Numbered from the stretch's first letter, positions 1 to 10,410 are shown. The stretch is 64,000 bases of DNA from Escherichia coli (GCF_051903065.1 NZ_CP178439.1); one strand, 5' to 3'. Numbers and translations: made by a program. The notes: generated from the letters alone by a model not told the origin.

Positions 1-341
1 TTTCGAGATTTCCTCAAAACCTGACGATGATAATTTTCGATCCACTCAATCCGGGCCAGCTGGTATGGGCTGAGCAGCAGTATCGACAACGTCTGGGTAG
101 TGGAAAAGTAATGCCAATGTTTACCCGTATCCAAAAAGATAATGGATGGGATCACCTAAATGATTTACGTGAAAAATTTAACGGTAAGGTGTTTAAAGTA
201 AACGAACAGATTATCTCACGCTTTCAGATTAAAAATACACCTGCGCTTATAACTACTGACCAAGATAAATTCCGGATCACCCTGTTTAGCGAGGCAGAAG
301 TCCGTGGAATCGGAGCCCCAAATCTTTCAGAGGAAAAATAA
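1..341 (+). CDS. traW: TraW/TrhW-like conjugal transfer protein, C-terminal part (5' end lies outside window)
   Basis: Frame is open from the window start; C-terminal residues (IIFDPLNPGQLVWAEQQ, RITLFSEAE) resemble the F-plasmid TraW C-terminus; sits directly upstream of traU and traN. Confidence 0.6.
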   Translation, partial: SRFPQNLTMIIFDPLNPGQLVWAEQQYRQRLGSGKVMPMFTRIQKDNGWDHLNDLREKFNGKVFKVNEQIISRFQIKNTPALITTDQDKFRITLFSEAEVRGIGAPNLSEEK

Positions 342-479
342 TATGAAACTCGGATTTATTATAGGCGCTCTCTTTGCAACATGGCTGACGCTAAATTATC
401 CGGACCAGATGAGAAGTTATTTTACCAAAGCCGTCGACTATATCGAAAGTGTTGCAACATTTATTACATCCAAGTGAGC

Positions 480-1541
480 ATGATGGTGAAAAAATTCAAA
501 AAGTTACTTTTAGAGTTCATTGTAGCAGTTATGCTTTCGCTTTCTATACCTGGTATGGCTATGGCAGCAGATGCTGGAGTCCCTGGGGCTATGTGTCAGT
601 CAGCTGGAGTGTGGCAGGGCTTGATTAAGAATATCTGTTGGAGCTGCATTTTTCCCATGAGGATAATGGGCATAGGGGCTGCTCCAGAAGGCGCTGCACC
701 TTCACGTCCGGGTTGCTACTGCACAGATCAGAACGGCGTACCGGAAATAGGTTGGCAATTGAGCTTCTTTCAGCCGGTGAAGATTGTAGAAGTTGTAAAG
801 AGCCCCTGGTGCAGCCCCTTTCTTGAAGGCACGATGCTTCAAAAATCGCAGTTTGATATTGGTAAAAGCAACACTAATCAGCCAATGACAGCAACTGAAG
901 CCGGATTTTACGATGTTCATCTTTGGGAGTTCCCAATCATGACAATGCTCAAATTACTGATTATTGGCGAGTGCACTGCTGAACCCTATATAGATGCCAG
1001 CCTGACCTATATAAGCGAAGTGGACCCTATGTGGGAAAGTGATCTGCTTACACTCGTCCTGAATCCCGAGGCAGTAGTTTTTGCAAACCCAATTGCCTCA
1101 ATGGTGTGCGCTGCTGACTGTGTAGCAGTAACAGCAGGAAAGGATAATCTCGCTGCATACTTTTGTGCCGGATGCGATGGCAACCTTTACCCATTAACCG
1201 GCCACATTTACGCAAATGATGACGCTGTAAGGACGAGTTCACTGATTACCCAGCGTCTTCTGACAAAACTACATCGCCAAGGCATGCTGATGCGAACGAT
1301 GGGAGCAGACGCAATGTGTGAGAAAACGTGGGAATACTTTACACCACGTTCCCAGTATCGGCTTTCAATGCTTTTCCCTACTCCTGAGGCGAAGGGACCG
1401 GATTGCTGTCATCGTCTTGGTGATTCGGTACACGACTGGTCAACCCTTAAAGGTGGGCGCAAAAAAATAGGCAACGATAATTATGTCTATATGTTGTGGC
1501 GTTACAATGACTGTTGTGTTCGCTACGTTCCGGGCGTTTGA
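480..1541 (+). CDS. traU: F-type T4SS protein TraU/TrhU
   Basis: Signal peptide (MMVKKFKKLLLEFIVAVMLSLSIPGMAMA) then TraU hallmark motifs ICWSCIFP, LNPEAVVFANPIA, KLHRQGM, YMLWRYNDC. Start moved to ATG 480; the track start at 381 adds an unlikely leader. Confidence 0.9.
   Translation: MMVKKFKKLLLEFIVAVMLSLSIPGMAMAADAGVPGAMCQSAGVWQGLIKNICWSCIFPMRIMGIGAAPEGAAPSRPGCYCTDQNGVPEIGWQLSFFQPVKIVEVVKSPWCSPFLEGTMLQKSQFDIGKSNTNQPMTATEAGFYDVHLWEFPIMTMLKLLIIGECTAEPYIDASLTYISEVDPMWESDLLTLVLNPEAVVFANPIASMVCAADCVAVTAGKDNLAAYFCAGCDGNLYPLTGHIYANDDAVRTSSLITQRLLTKLHRQGMLMRTMGADAMCEKTWEYFTPRSQYRLSMLFPTPEAKGPDCCHRLGDSVHDWSTLKGGRKKIGNDNYVYMLWRYNDCCVRYVPGV
500..510. repeat. AAAGTWACTTT palindromic motif copy 1
   Basis: AAAGTTACTTT inside the traU signal-peptide codons (KKLLL). 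Confidence 0.6.
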
Positions 1542-1559
1542 TTTCTAAGGAGAAAATAA

Positions 1560-4500
1560 GTGAAACTTAGAAAAACAATCACCTCAGCGATTATTGCATC
1601 AATGGTTGCCAATACTATGAGTTGGGCTTTTTATGTCACACTCATAAACATGGTAATGACACCACGTGTTTACGCTGCTGACGCTATATTTGACCAGCTC
1701 GAAAATAATTTTAACCTTGCAAATCCTAACGCAAATCGCAATGCAACCACCAGTGCTCAGGACATTGTGGAGAAATACAAGAACGCGGATTCAGGCGAGA
1801 ATGTCAGTGGGAAGATCACCGAGAAATACGTGGGTAAAGCCGAATCCGCTAATCTTAATCTCGGGAAGTATGGGGCAGGGAACTCTAATGAAAGTGTCAT
1901 GAAAAATGCCGCATCCGATGGAAAGTCTATTGGTAGCGCCGTACAACTGCCGAGTATGTCTGGAGGGACAATCAATTCAAACTACACCAAGGAAGGGGCA
2001 AAGCTGCTCTCTCGTGATGCTAATGGCAACATTGGTATAAGCAGTAATCCCAATACTACTCCTGGAACCAAAACAAATACGGGAGAGATTTTCAGCTCAG
2101 AGCAAAAGCACAGCGATATAAAGTTCAACGCCGCAGATCGTTATGGGGATGAGGATGGCTTTGTTAACGATATAAAGAATCGGAAAAGCCAGTTATTTGA
2201 TGCTCAAAGTTATGATGGCGTTGCCTACCGCACCCTCGTAAATGCTAACAAGGACAACCCGGCATCGTCTGTAAAGCCTAACGATCCCATGTTTACTGCG
2301 GGGAGAAATGAGATAACCAATGCTGTTGCTGGTACTGGAAACTGGCTTCAGAACTGTAATGTTGAGACCTCCAAAAAAACAGTAACCACACACTATCCTG
2401 ATTACAAAGAGTTCTACTGTAACTCGCCTAAGCAAGATAACTTCAGCAGCTGCACGATAACTCGTGACTTCTCTGTTCCTGTATACATTTCAGGCGGAAA
2501 CGGAGACATGTCGATGTGCGGCGATAATTGTGTGCGTATATGGTTTGGTCGCCGTGATGACAACTACTGGAGTGACGGGGTATTTAATAACGAACTGACA
2601 TTAAAATTCCATCCGGATGCAAAATTGGCCTCAGCAAAGATTGTTAACGCGGAGTGGGATGACCACATGCGGGTAACACTTGATGGCACGCAGATTTTTG
2701 CTCACATAGATGGTGCATATCGAGAAAGTGACTATCCGGCTCCAAAGGGATCTTGGGAGTTAAAAAAATCGTGGAAACTCGACAAAGTATACGATGTAAC
2801 TGAAAAGGTCAGAAAATCAGTTTATGAAGAACCTGATCGTGAAGTGACAATGGCATCCAGAGTCTGGGTTGGTGGGGGAGGTGAAGGGTACTTTGAGGTT
2901 GAGCTGACGTTTGAAAATATGAAGCTCGAAGATAAGCACGTCCAGGAACCAGCTGGTTGTTACGATGCTGTACAAACACCAAATACATTCTGCCGTTTCG
3001 ATCGGTTTAAAGATATGGATGTTGGCACGAAGCGGCTTCCGGAAAGCGTGCTTTCTATGGCAAAGCCGCTGTATGAAGGCGATAAAGGCTTTCTTACCTG
3101 GAAGACTAACCTTGAAGGCTATTTTTGTGATCCATTGGCTAAAGACAAGATTTGCTCTTATGACGCTAGTGGGAAAATTATGAAAGACGCTAATGGAAAG
3201 GACCTCTGTTACAACTACGAAGAAATTAAGAGTATGCCTGATGCATGTAGTTCTTATAAAAATGATGCAGCATGTGTACTCGATAAACAAACATGTGCAG
3301 AGGGTTGGTTCGATGAGGGCACTAACAGCTGCTACATGTATGAACAGAAATACACCTGTGACAGAGGTAAGGATGTAGTTCGTGAGGTTGAATCTTCTAC
3401 AAATGCCTGTGTTGGCATGATCCCATGTTCTGGAGGAACATGCGAAACTGGGCCAAAGGAAGAGAACAACGATTTTGGAAAAGTTGCGGCTTATTCAAAC
3501 ATGGTTCAGTACATGCAGGGCGAAGCCAAATGCGAAGACCCTAACGATGCCAATTCCTGTTCTGTCTTTGAAGGAAAACCTGAATGGTGTGGTCGTTCAG
3601 TAGGCTTTGTAAATGGCCTGGCAAAGACGGACTGCTGCGAAGCACCGCAGGGAACCGCAGGAGCACTTGAAGGTATCATGCTTGCCGGATCTATGATCAG
3701 AAACACTAACTGGACCAGAGTTAATGCTCAGCTAATAAAATGGACCGGCGGTGATACAGGTACATGGGCTTCTATGTCCAATGCGGTCGGTGAGTGGACT
3801 GCATCAGCTGGTAAAACAGTAGGGCAAATGTGGAACAATGTCACGAGCTCCTTAACGAGCGTATATGAAAACGTCGCTGGTAATCTAAGCAGGGCAGTTG
3901 GGTCTTCCGCAACTTCTGGAGGGGCAGGAGGTGCTGGCCAGTTGGCACAGGAAACAATGTCCAGCTTCGGTATAGGTCAGCTTAAGCAGATGGCAATGAA
4001 GAAAGCCTACGAATTGCTACCAGATACAGTTCGAGACTTTGTCTTTAAGAACGTTGCTACTACCGGAGGAGAGGTTGTCTTCTCGGCTGCGGTTCAAAAC
4101 TTTATGCTTGCATTAAACGTGATCGGTTGGATTTATACAGCCTATCAGGTCACTAAAATGCTTTTAGAAATGTTGGTAGCATGCGACCAGAAAGAGATGG
4201 AAGCTTCTATTCATAAGAATCAAAAATCCTGTTTTACATTAGATACGGAACGATGCGTCAAATATCTGAATGTTGGTTTCACAAAGAAATGCGTTAAAAA
4301 AGCAACAGACATGTGCTGTTATAATTCCATGTTGTCACGCGTTATTATGCAACAAGCTTATCCGCAATTAGGAATAGACCCTGTCGCCTCTAATTGCGTG
4401 GGGCTATCAATAAAGCAAATACAGCAACTGGATTTCGATAAAATTGATCTGACGGAGTGGATTAATGATGCAGTTCAGGTAGGAGAAGTTCCTGATCAAT

Positions 4501-4748
4501 ATTCAAAATTCTCCGAAGAATCAATTGTGGAAAACTTACCATTCCAGAATGAGAACTATCAACTTCCATCAGAACGTACCAAGGAAGCAATGGGCGGTGA
4601 AGAAAATATGATAAAGGCCAGACAAGAAAATGCTCAGGCTATAAAAGAGGAAAATGTAGATTGTAGCTATTTACCTCGACCGGCCATATGTGAGGTAGGT
4701 TCAACTACGCTGGATCCGGTTACGGGCAAGCAGTTGCCGAAATATTGA
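1560..4748 (+). CDS. traN: Mating-pair stabilisation protein TraN/TrhN, long form
   Basis: 1062-aa ORF with GTG start, N-terminal signal peptide, many conserved cysteines in the C-terminal half; conserved traW-traU-traN order. Confidence 0.8.
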   Translation: MKLRKTITSAIIASMVANTMSWAFYVTLINMVMTPRVYAADAIFDQLENNFNLANPNANRNATTSAQDIVEKYKNADSGENVSGKITEKYVGKAESANLNLGKYGAGNSNESVMKNAASDGKSIGSAVQLPSMSGGTINSNYTKEGAKLLSRDANGNIGISSNPNTTPGTKTNTGEIFSSEQKHSDIKFNAADRYGDEDGFVNDIKNRKSQLFDAQSYDGVAYRTLVNANKDNPASSVKPNDPMFTAGRNEITNAVAGTGNWLQNCNVETSKKTVTTHYPDYKEFYCNSPKQDNFSSCTITRDFSVPVYISGGNGDMSMCGDNCVRIWFGRRDDNYWSDGVFNNELTLKFHPDAKLASAKIVNAEWDDHMRVTLDGTQIFAHIDGAYRESDYPAPKGSWELKKSWKLDKVYDVTEKVRKSVYEEPDREVTMASRVWVGGGGEGYFEVELTFENMKLEDKHVQEPAGCYDAVQTPNTFCRFDRFKDMDVGTKRLPESVLSMAKPLYEGDKGFLTWKTNLEGYFCDPLAKDKICSYDASGKIMKDANGKDLCYNYEEIKSMPDACSSYKNDAACVLDKQTCAEGWFDEGTNSCYMYEQKYTCDRGKDVVREVESSTNACVGMIPCSGGTCETGPKEENNDFGKVAAYSNMVQYMQGEAKCEDPNDANSCSVFEGKPEWCGRSVGFVNGLAKTDCCEAPQGTAGALEGIMLAGSMIRNTNWTRVNAQLIKWTGGDTGTWASMSNAVGEWTASAGKTVGQMWNNVTSSLTSVYENVAGNLSRAVGSSATSGGAGGAGQLAQETMSSFGIGQLKQMAMKKAYELLPDTVRDFVFKNVATTGGEVVFSAAVQNFMLALNVIGWIYTAYQVTKMLLEMLVACDQKEMEASIHKNQKSCFTLDTERCVKYLNVGFTKKCVKKATDMCCYNSMLSRVIMQQAYPQLGIDPVASNCVGLSIKQIQQLDFDKIDLTEWINDAVQVGEVPDQYSKFSEESIVENLPFQNENYQLPSERTKEAMGGEENMIKARQENAQAIKEENVDCSYLPRPAICEVGSTTLDPVTGKQLPKY

Positions 4749-4752
4749 AGAA

Positions 4753-4774
4753 GGGGCCGTTAGGCCCCTTTTTT
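4753..4774. terminator. Bidirectional rho-independent terminator between traN and the convergent lipoprotein gene
   Basis: GGGGCC-gtta-GGCCCC stem-loop followed by TTTTTT and preceded by an A-rich tract. Confidence 0.7.
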
Positions 4775-4776
4775 AA

Positions 4777-5649
4777 TTACTTGGCTTTCAATGTTTTTTC
4801 TGGGAAGCCTTTTTTACCGTATTCACCGGTAAAGAGGTAATAATCTTTTCCGTTGATGGAGGCTGCAACACCCCCTGGAGTTGTTGTATTTGGGCTATCA
4901 GAACGGAAAATGATACCCGAAAAATCAGCGCTTGTTTCGTTTCCTTTAAATGGGATGAACACATAACGAATTACAGCGTAATCACCAGCGGGAAGGTTTA
5001 GCTGAGGAATTTCGGTTCCTGTTGCGGGGCGAATCGCCTGAAAGCTGTACATTGAATCTGTAGGGAAAACATCAGCATCAGGCTTAGAGGGCAGATCACA
5101 GGTACTCCATTTATTGACGACTGCCATATCAATTTTACATGTGGCCAGAGCTGCTTTCTGTTTTTCAGGGTTGTATCCAAATGAGGCCTGAGTTGCTTTT
5201 GTATGCTCAAAAACATACTTAGCTCCTTCACGTACCAAACTTTCATCATTGTAAGGCAATTTTTTTGGATTGGGGACGAACACTAGGTATTGATTGACCT
5301 GGATGTATTCGGCGTCAGAAGAACTGTACAAAGAGCCGAGGCTCATGATCCCAAAACCTTTTAGACCGCCTGTTACGTAGCCCATCGAACTATTGATGAG
5401 ATACTTAGAAAGAAAGTTGTCGGCATCCCCTCCAGGAGTAACCTCTTGCTCCTTAAAATTAACGTCGAAACCAGCAAACGAATAGGCATTCTTGGCGACA
5501 GAATCATTTGCTTTAGCATGCCAGTACTGGCCGTGACTGTACGCATTCAGAGCGGTGCCTGGCGTAGTGCCGGTGTCACCGGCACAACCCGATAGGGAAA
5601 AACCAATGACGACAGAAGAGACCAGAGATACTAAACGTAAAAGTTTCAT
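4777..5649 (-). CDS. Putative lipoprotein, function unknown
   Basis: 290-aa ORF; signal peptide with lipobox-like LSGC (LVSSVVIGFSLSGCAGD); no recognised catalytic motif. Confidence 0.6.
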   Translation of the reverse strand: MKLLRLVSLVSSVVIGFSLSGCAGDTGTTPGTALNAYSHGQYWHAKANDSVAKNAYSFAGFDVNFKEQEVTPGGDADNFLSKYLINSSMGYVTGGLKGFGIMSLGSLYSSSDAEYIQVNQYLVFVPNPKKLPYNDESLVREGAKYVFEHTKATQASFGYNPEKQKAALATCKIDMAVVNKWSTCDLPSKPDADVFPTDSMYSFQAIRPATGTEIPQLNLPAGDYAVIRYVFIPFKGNETSADFSGIIFRSDSPNTTTPGGVAASINGKDYYLFTGEYGKKGFPEKTLKAK

Positions 5650-5828
5650 TTAAAGCCCTTTTTGTAATGTCTTTTGGAGATGGAACCATTATTCCATAGT
5701 CACGCGTTTCACAAACAACCTGATTGCATAAAAAAGGAAAAAAAGTGATTTCCAGTAGAACCAGCAGTACACAAGAAAAGCGCTTTTATAAAAATGTATA
5801 ATTATTAAAACGAAGTAATGAGGTTGAA

Positions 5829-7613
5829 ATGGGTAAGCCAACAGAAGAGCAAAGACCTGTTATCGAGAATGCTAGCGCAAACAATATGGTGATAGCAGCG
5901 CCTGGATCAGGCAAATCATTCACCATGATAGAAGCGGTTATATCGATTCTCAAAAAGTATCCATATGCAAGAATCGGGATGGTGACCTTTACTCGCGCTG
6001 CAACAAACGCACTTGCAGCAAAGTTACAAAAGCGATTGAGCAAGAAGGATCTTGACCGGGTGCTGGTGGATACTTTTCACGGACTCGTTAAGAAGCAACT
6101 GGACATGATTCGCTGGCCGGGAAAGATGTTGATAGGGCCAGCACAGAGATCTGTCATTCACCGGGCTTTGAAAGAATCCGGTGTAACGATGAAGTTTGCT
6201 GAAGCTGAATTCGTTATTGATGCTATCGGCAGAGAAATGGATACGGATGTGATTTCAGTTCGGCATAACAGACAACAGATCCATTTATTTAATACCTATC
6301 AGGCGTTATGCCAGAAAGACCATGTGGCGGACCTCAATGCTCTTTCAAAATTTGTTGTCGGTCAAATGCATTCGGGAAAAATGCGCACGTTAGATTTGAC
6401 ACATTTGATAGTAGACGAAGTTCAGGATACTGACTCTATACAATTCTCATGGATAGCATTGCATACAAGAGCTGGAGTCTATACGAGTATAGTTGGAGAC
6501 GATGATCAGGCCATCTACTCCTTCAGATCCTCAGGAGGAGTCAAAATATTTCAACAGTTTGAAAAACACTTCAGACCTAACATATTTTACTTAAACACAT
6601 GCTTTAGGTGTGAACCTGAAATTTTAGAGGTGGCCGGAGCACTGATAGGAAAGAATGTTTACCGTTATGCCAAAGAGTTACGCTCGGCAAAAAAGGGAGG
6701 AGGAAAGGTCACTTTTCGTTCATATGTAGATATGGAGGAACAGATACAGGGTATTTTAAGCCTTATAAATCAGGATCCACATGGATGGGCAATTCTAAGC
6801 CGCAATAATGCTCACTTGGATGAGCTAGAAAGTTTGATCGAACAGCCAGTAATTCGTTACGGAGGTAAATCATTCTGGGATGAAAAAGAAACAAGCGATG
6901 TGTTAAGCCTTATGGCCTTTTTCCGACAATCAAATGATCCTCGCTTAATGAAGAGAGTATTGGCATTGTTTGGAGAACAGGAATCAGTTTTGGATGAAGT
7001 GGCATTGAGTATGAGAGGAAGAAAAGTTACTTTTGGCGACCTTGCCATCCCGGAGGACAGTTCTCTCGAAACAAAAACATTACATTCAAACTTCGTGCGC
7101 TTTACCCAGGAAAGTACTGATAAAGTTGAGATAGCAAAACGTTTCGCCAACCTTACGAAATGGATGGAATCGTCGTCAATCAAGATGAGGAGTAATAAAG
7201 GTACAGCAACCTTAACAAAAATTGCTTTAGACACTTGTAAACAGTGGGCAGAAAAGACTGGTTGGATGAATATGATCAATCGTGCTGCTGCAATGTCATT
7301 AGGCCCTAGGAAGAAGGACGAGGAATACAGCCCAGAGAAAGTAGTCCTATCAACCTTGCATGGTTCAAAGGGTCTTGAGTGGAATAAAGTAATAATAATG
7401 AGTTGTAATGCGGATCAGATACCAAGTAAAAGATCAGTTGGGGAGGAGGCAATAGAAGAAGAAAGACGTTTGCTTTATGTTGGATTTACGCGTGCAGAAA
7501 AGCAACTTTTTGTAATGTGGTATGGTGACCCTTCTTTCTTTTTAAGAGAATGCAGTGAAGAAAAGATAAAAGAAGCAGCTAATATTCGAATTTCTCCAGT
7601 TTATACAGAATAA
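5829..7613 (+). CDS. UvrD/Rep-family (SF1) DNA helicase
   Basis: Walker A AAPGSGKS near the N-terminus, DEVQD (DExx box), C-terminal TLHGSKGLEW and YVGFTRAEKQLFV helicase motifs; 594 aa. Confidence 0.85.
   Translation: MGKPTEEQRPVIENASANNMVIAAPGSGKSFTMIEAVISILKKYPYARIGMVTFTRAATNALAAKLQKRLSKKDLDRVLVDTFHGLVKKQLDMIRWPGKMLIGPAQRSVIHRALKESGVTMKFAEAEFVIDAIGREMDTDVISVRHNRQQIHLFNTYQALCQKDHVADLNALSKFVVGQMHSGKMRTLDLTHLIVDEVQDTDSIQFSWIALHTRAGVYTSIVGDDDQAIYSFRSSGGVKIFQQFEKHFRPNIFYLNTCFRCEPEILEVAGALIGKNVYRYAKELRSAKKGGGKVTFRSYVDMEEQIQGILSLINQDPHGWAILSRNNAHLDELESLIEQPVIRYGGKSFWDEKETSDVLSLMAFFRQSNDPRLMKRVLALFGEQESVLDEVALSMRGRKVTFGDLAIPEDSSLETKTLHSNFVRFTQESTDKVEIAKRFANLTKWMESSSIKMRSNKGTATLTKIALDTCKQWAEKTGWMNMINRAAAMSLGPRKKDEEYSPEKVVLSTLHGSKGLEWNKVIIMSCNADQIPSKRSVGEEAIEEERRLLYVGFTRAEKQLFVMWYGDPSFFLRECSEEKIKEAANIRISPVYTE
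7023..7033. repeat. AAAGTWACTTT palindromic motif copy 2
   Basis: AAAGTTACTTT inside the helicase gene (codons K-V-T-F). Confidence 0.6.
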
Positions 7614-7701
7614 TTCGATATGGGCATTTACTTATGCTTAAAGCTATAGTATAAAAACAATGAGCTTAAATATCAGCTCCCAAATTTGAGTAACTTTGCT
7701 T

Positions 7702-7712
7702 AAAGTTACTTT
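7702..7712. repeat. AAAGTWACTTT palindromic motif copy 3
   Basis: AAAGTTACTTT, intergenic; with the half-site AGTAACTTT at 7689-7697 forms a 9-bp hairpin AGTAACTTT-gctt-AAAGTTACT. Confidence 0.6.
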
Positions 7713-8007
7713 CGCGTTAAGCGTTGATTTAGCCGTGAAAAGCGGCCAGCTTAAACAAGCTGTAAGACACCACCGGCAAAATGTCACCTTTGTCGCTGGT
7801 GCACTTCCCATGCCTGAAAAAGGCAATCTGAATTTACCAAACCGTAACTAATTTAGCTCCTCCTGGAGCTATTTTTGTTGCGTACTTCTAATGCCAGATA
7901 GTATAAATCAGGCGGTTCATAGCTTACGGGAGATGAATGACAGGCTTTGCCTTCGTGTTGAAACAAAAAATTGTTTCTTCCTTCTTACTATATATAGGTG
8001 ACCCCAA

Positions 8008-8880
8008 ATGTCTAAAAATAAAGCTCGCAGTAAAGCCCTTCATCAAACCTTTAGTGAAATTATTCCAGAGATGGATAAGGCGCTAAACAAACAGCTCTTA
8101 GAAGTTCTGATGAAATATACAGAACGTGATAATGAACTGATTGTTATTTTGAATGAGGACGGCCCAAATATCATTGAACTTAAGTCTCTTAAGCCTGTGT
8201 CTTTGTTGGCCGAAAAGCTTTCTGCTTATTCAAGCTATTATCATGTGGATGTTGTGGAGCTCGTGGTCAAGAAAATTGATTTCGAAGGAGCTTATAAGCT
8301 TCTTAAAGCTTCCCCAGATGTACCACTTTTTAAAAGCTTAACTGAACTGGATAAATATCTTGTTGAGGAGTTTGAAAAATACGGATTAAATTCATTTCTT
8401 GACGTGGATAATCTGGATTACTCACTTGAAAAAGCCAGTGAACTCAAAAATGAGCAGTTAATAAATTGGGTTTCGGACATCATTTGCAAACGTGAAAAAT
8501 TAACTTTACGTAAGCGTTTTGATGTCGCAGTAAAGGCCCACTACGAAAATGTAGAAAAAATGTATGATACCATTCGTCCGTTAATGAAAAAACTGGGTTT
8601 CCCAGAAGATCTCATGACGCACACCTTTAGTGAGTTAAGCGTTTTTGAAACTAAAGGATGGGACCATGCAATAAAATCGAAAATTGAGACTCTCGCTAAG
8701 CGTGAAACTCAATATTTAGATGATGCGGCTAAAGCAGAGAATCGACGTCTTGTAACAGAGAAGTTGGAGAACTCTTTAGCGATTGCACCAACTAAACCAA
8801 CAAGAAATTGGTTACATATTGCCGGAATTGCCTGTTTGGTAGTCTGCACGTTCATGTATGTAACTAATAAATTTATTTAA
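8008..8880 (+). CDS. Hypothetical protein, C-terminal membrane anchor (ORFan array)
   Basis: 290-aa ORF; hydrophobic C-terminal segment IAGIACLVVCTFMYV; followed by a hairpin element. Confidence 0.55.
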   Translation: MSKNKARSKALHQTFSEIIPEMDKALNKQLLEVLMKYTERDNELIVILNEDGPNIIELKSLKPVSLLAEKLSAYSSYYHVDVVELVVKKIDFEGAYKLLKASPDVPLFKSLTELDKYLVEEFEKYGLNSFLDVDNLDYSLEKASELKNEQLINWVSDIICKREKLTLRKRFDVAVKAHYENVEKMYDTIRPLMKKLGFPEDLMTHTFSELSVFETKGWDHAIKSKIETLAKRETQYLDDAAKAENRRLVTEKLENSLAIAPTKPTRNWLHIAGIACLVVCTFMYVTNKFI

Positions 8881-8884
8881 TCCT

Positions 8885-8916
8885 GTTAAGGGGGAACCCT
8901 AACGGGGCTTCTCTTT
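8885..8916 (+). terminator. Structured GC-run intergenic element E1
   Basis: GTTAAGGGGG-aa-CCCTAAC-GGGGC then T-rich tract, between the stop at 8880 and the start at 8938. Confidence 0.4.
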
Positions 8917-8937
8917 GAACAAATCGAGGAGCGGAAA

Positions 8938-9315
8938 ATGTCATATCTTGAATATATCAATGAAGTAAAAGTGTCCGGGATAGTTATCAGTGCTGTGGAG
9001 AAAAAAATGACTGACCAGAGTATAGGTTTGTTAATAAAGCTCAAAAATAGGATGAAGACAGAAGTTGATGGTGAAATCACTGAGAGAGAATTTTCAGTTC
9101 AAATCAAGGTGTCGCCTGAAATGTATTCAACCTGTTTCACTGGTATAAATCAGGGTGATGAGTTGATGGTCTCCGGTTATATTGTTGTCGATACTATTAT
9201 GATTGAAGGGAGAGAACATCCTCTTGACTACATGAGAGTGGTAGCAACAAGTAAGTTGGCTCACATACCTAAACCTCTAAAAGGTTTTGGACAAAGTAGC
9301 TTTAATCAGATCTGA
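8938..9315 (+). CDS. Hypothetical protein
   Basis: 125-aa ORF, ATG start, same strand as neighbours, followed by a strong hairpin. Confidence 0.5.
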   Translation: MSYLEYINEVKVSGIVISAVEKKMTDQSIGLLIKLKNRMKTEVDGEITEREFSVQIKVSPEMYSTCFTGINQGDELMVSGYIVVDTIMIEGREHPLDYMRVVATSKLAHIPKPLKGFGQSSFNQI

Positions 9316-9322
9316 CATTAAA

Positions 9323-9366
9323 CCCACCCTAAAGGGGAGAAATCCCTTCATGGGATTTCTCCTTTT
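9323..9366 (+). terminator. Structured GC-run intergenic element E2 (rho-independent terminator-like)
   Basis: CCCACCC..GGGG, then an 11-bp stem GGAGAAATCCC / GGGATTTCTCC with loop TTCAT, then TTTT; the CTCC in the 3' arm is complementary to the downstream GGAG ribosome-binding site. Confidence 0.55.
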
Positions 9367-9375
9367 GGAGTCCCC

Positions 9376-10353
9376 ATGAAACAAAAATTTAGGGCTACTG
9401 CAATAAGTAGTAATCAACTTAGTTTTTTTTCTATACTCGATATAGATGAAGATGAAATAACGCAAATAGTTGATTCACCCAAAGAGCATTTAAATGATGC
9501 TTACACGTCCGGATTAAACTTTAAATCAGAAGAAAGTAACATTTCTGAGATAAATTATGATTCTGAAAGGCGTGAAAATCACCTTTATGAAAAATCCAAA
9601 TTACTTAAAAATCAGATTTTGCATACAATTAATTTTGCAACAGAAACAGATTATCTATATACGGTTGAAGAATATAACCCAGATTTGGGTGGTCTGGTAA
9701 TAGAATGGACCCCTGAGGATGTGTATGTTGTTTTTCTATCCGCTATGGAAGAGTCTTTGGAAATCATTAAAGAACTAGTGTTGAGGAGAAAGTTATTCTT
9801 CAAAGATGACAATGGTAATATCACAGTGAATCCACTTTTAGAAGCTGAAACACGGTGGTATATGTCAAAATCATTTGAATACACTTGTTTATCTCATGGA
9901 CTTGATGCATGTGAATTTAGAGCGGAATTAAAATCATGGCTCTATTATCATTCGCATCGTTCGATTAGTGAAAACACGAAATTAGCTGAATGCAGGAATG
10001 ATGATGAAATCATTTTGCATGATTGCAATGACGATATGGGCTGGGACATCTTCTTTGATCAGGATTATTTAATGTCAGAAAAAAAACTGGCTGTTAAATG
10101 GACTGACAGGGAAATTATGGATGTTTACATAAAAGCTTTTAAATCCTCATTAGAGTTGTTTGACGAGCTTGTTTCATGTGATCTGTTAACTAAACGAAAC
10201 GCTTTTGGCAAGTTAGAAATCAATCCAATATTCGAAAATCATTTTGAATGGATCATGTCTGAAGCTTTTGAAATAGTGGGAAATCATCTTGGTTATAATG
10301 TGCCTCAAATCAGGAAACTGATGGCAACTATTTGCCAAATGAATCTCAAATAA
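9376..10353 (+). CDS. Hypothetical protein
   Basis: 325-aa ORF, ATG start 10 nt after element E2. Confidence 0.55.
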   Translation: MKQKFRATAISSNQLSFFSILDIDEDEITQIVDSPKEHLNDAYTSGLNFKSEESNISEINYDSERRENHLYEKSKLLKNQILHTINFATETDYLYTVEEYNPDLGGLVIEWTPEDVYVVFLSAMEESLEIIKELVLRRKLFFKDDNGNITVNPLLEAETRWYMSKSFEYTCLSHGLDACEFRAELKSWLYYHSHRSISENTKLAECRNDDEIILHDCNDDMGWDIFFDQDYLMSEKKLAVKWTDREIMDVYIKAFKSSLELFDELVSCDLLTKRNAFGKLEINPIFENHFEWIMSEAFEIVGNHLGYNVPQIRKLMATICQMNLK

Positions 10354-10410
10354 AATGCCACTGGCAAACATCTGCCAGAGGGCGGTGTTTGCATTTTACC
10401 GGAGTTAAAA

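Noticed and set aside
5829-7613. Gabija-like defence system (GajA/GajB) based on the UvrD-like helicase
   Set aside because: No adjacent OLD-family ATPase-Toprim (GajA-like) gene; the neighbour is a lipoprotein on the opposite strand.
6701-7791. Near-variants of the palindromic motif (AAAGGTCACTTT at 6701, AAATGTCACCTTT at 7779, AAATTAACTTT at 8484, AAAGTAACCTTT at 20619)
   Set aside because: Not exact matches to AAAGTWACTTT; left out of the count so the enrichment is not inflated, though they may be degenerate sites.
7644-7826. Short antisense or intergenic ORFs containing K-V-T-F peptides (also 6857-7279, 26485-26838, 62408-62677)
   Set aside because: These arise because the AAAGTNACTTT motif translates to KVTF; they overlap stronger ORFs or lie in intergenic DNA and have no ribosome-binding sites.
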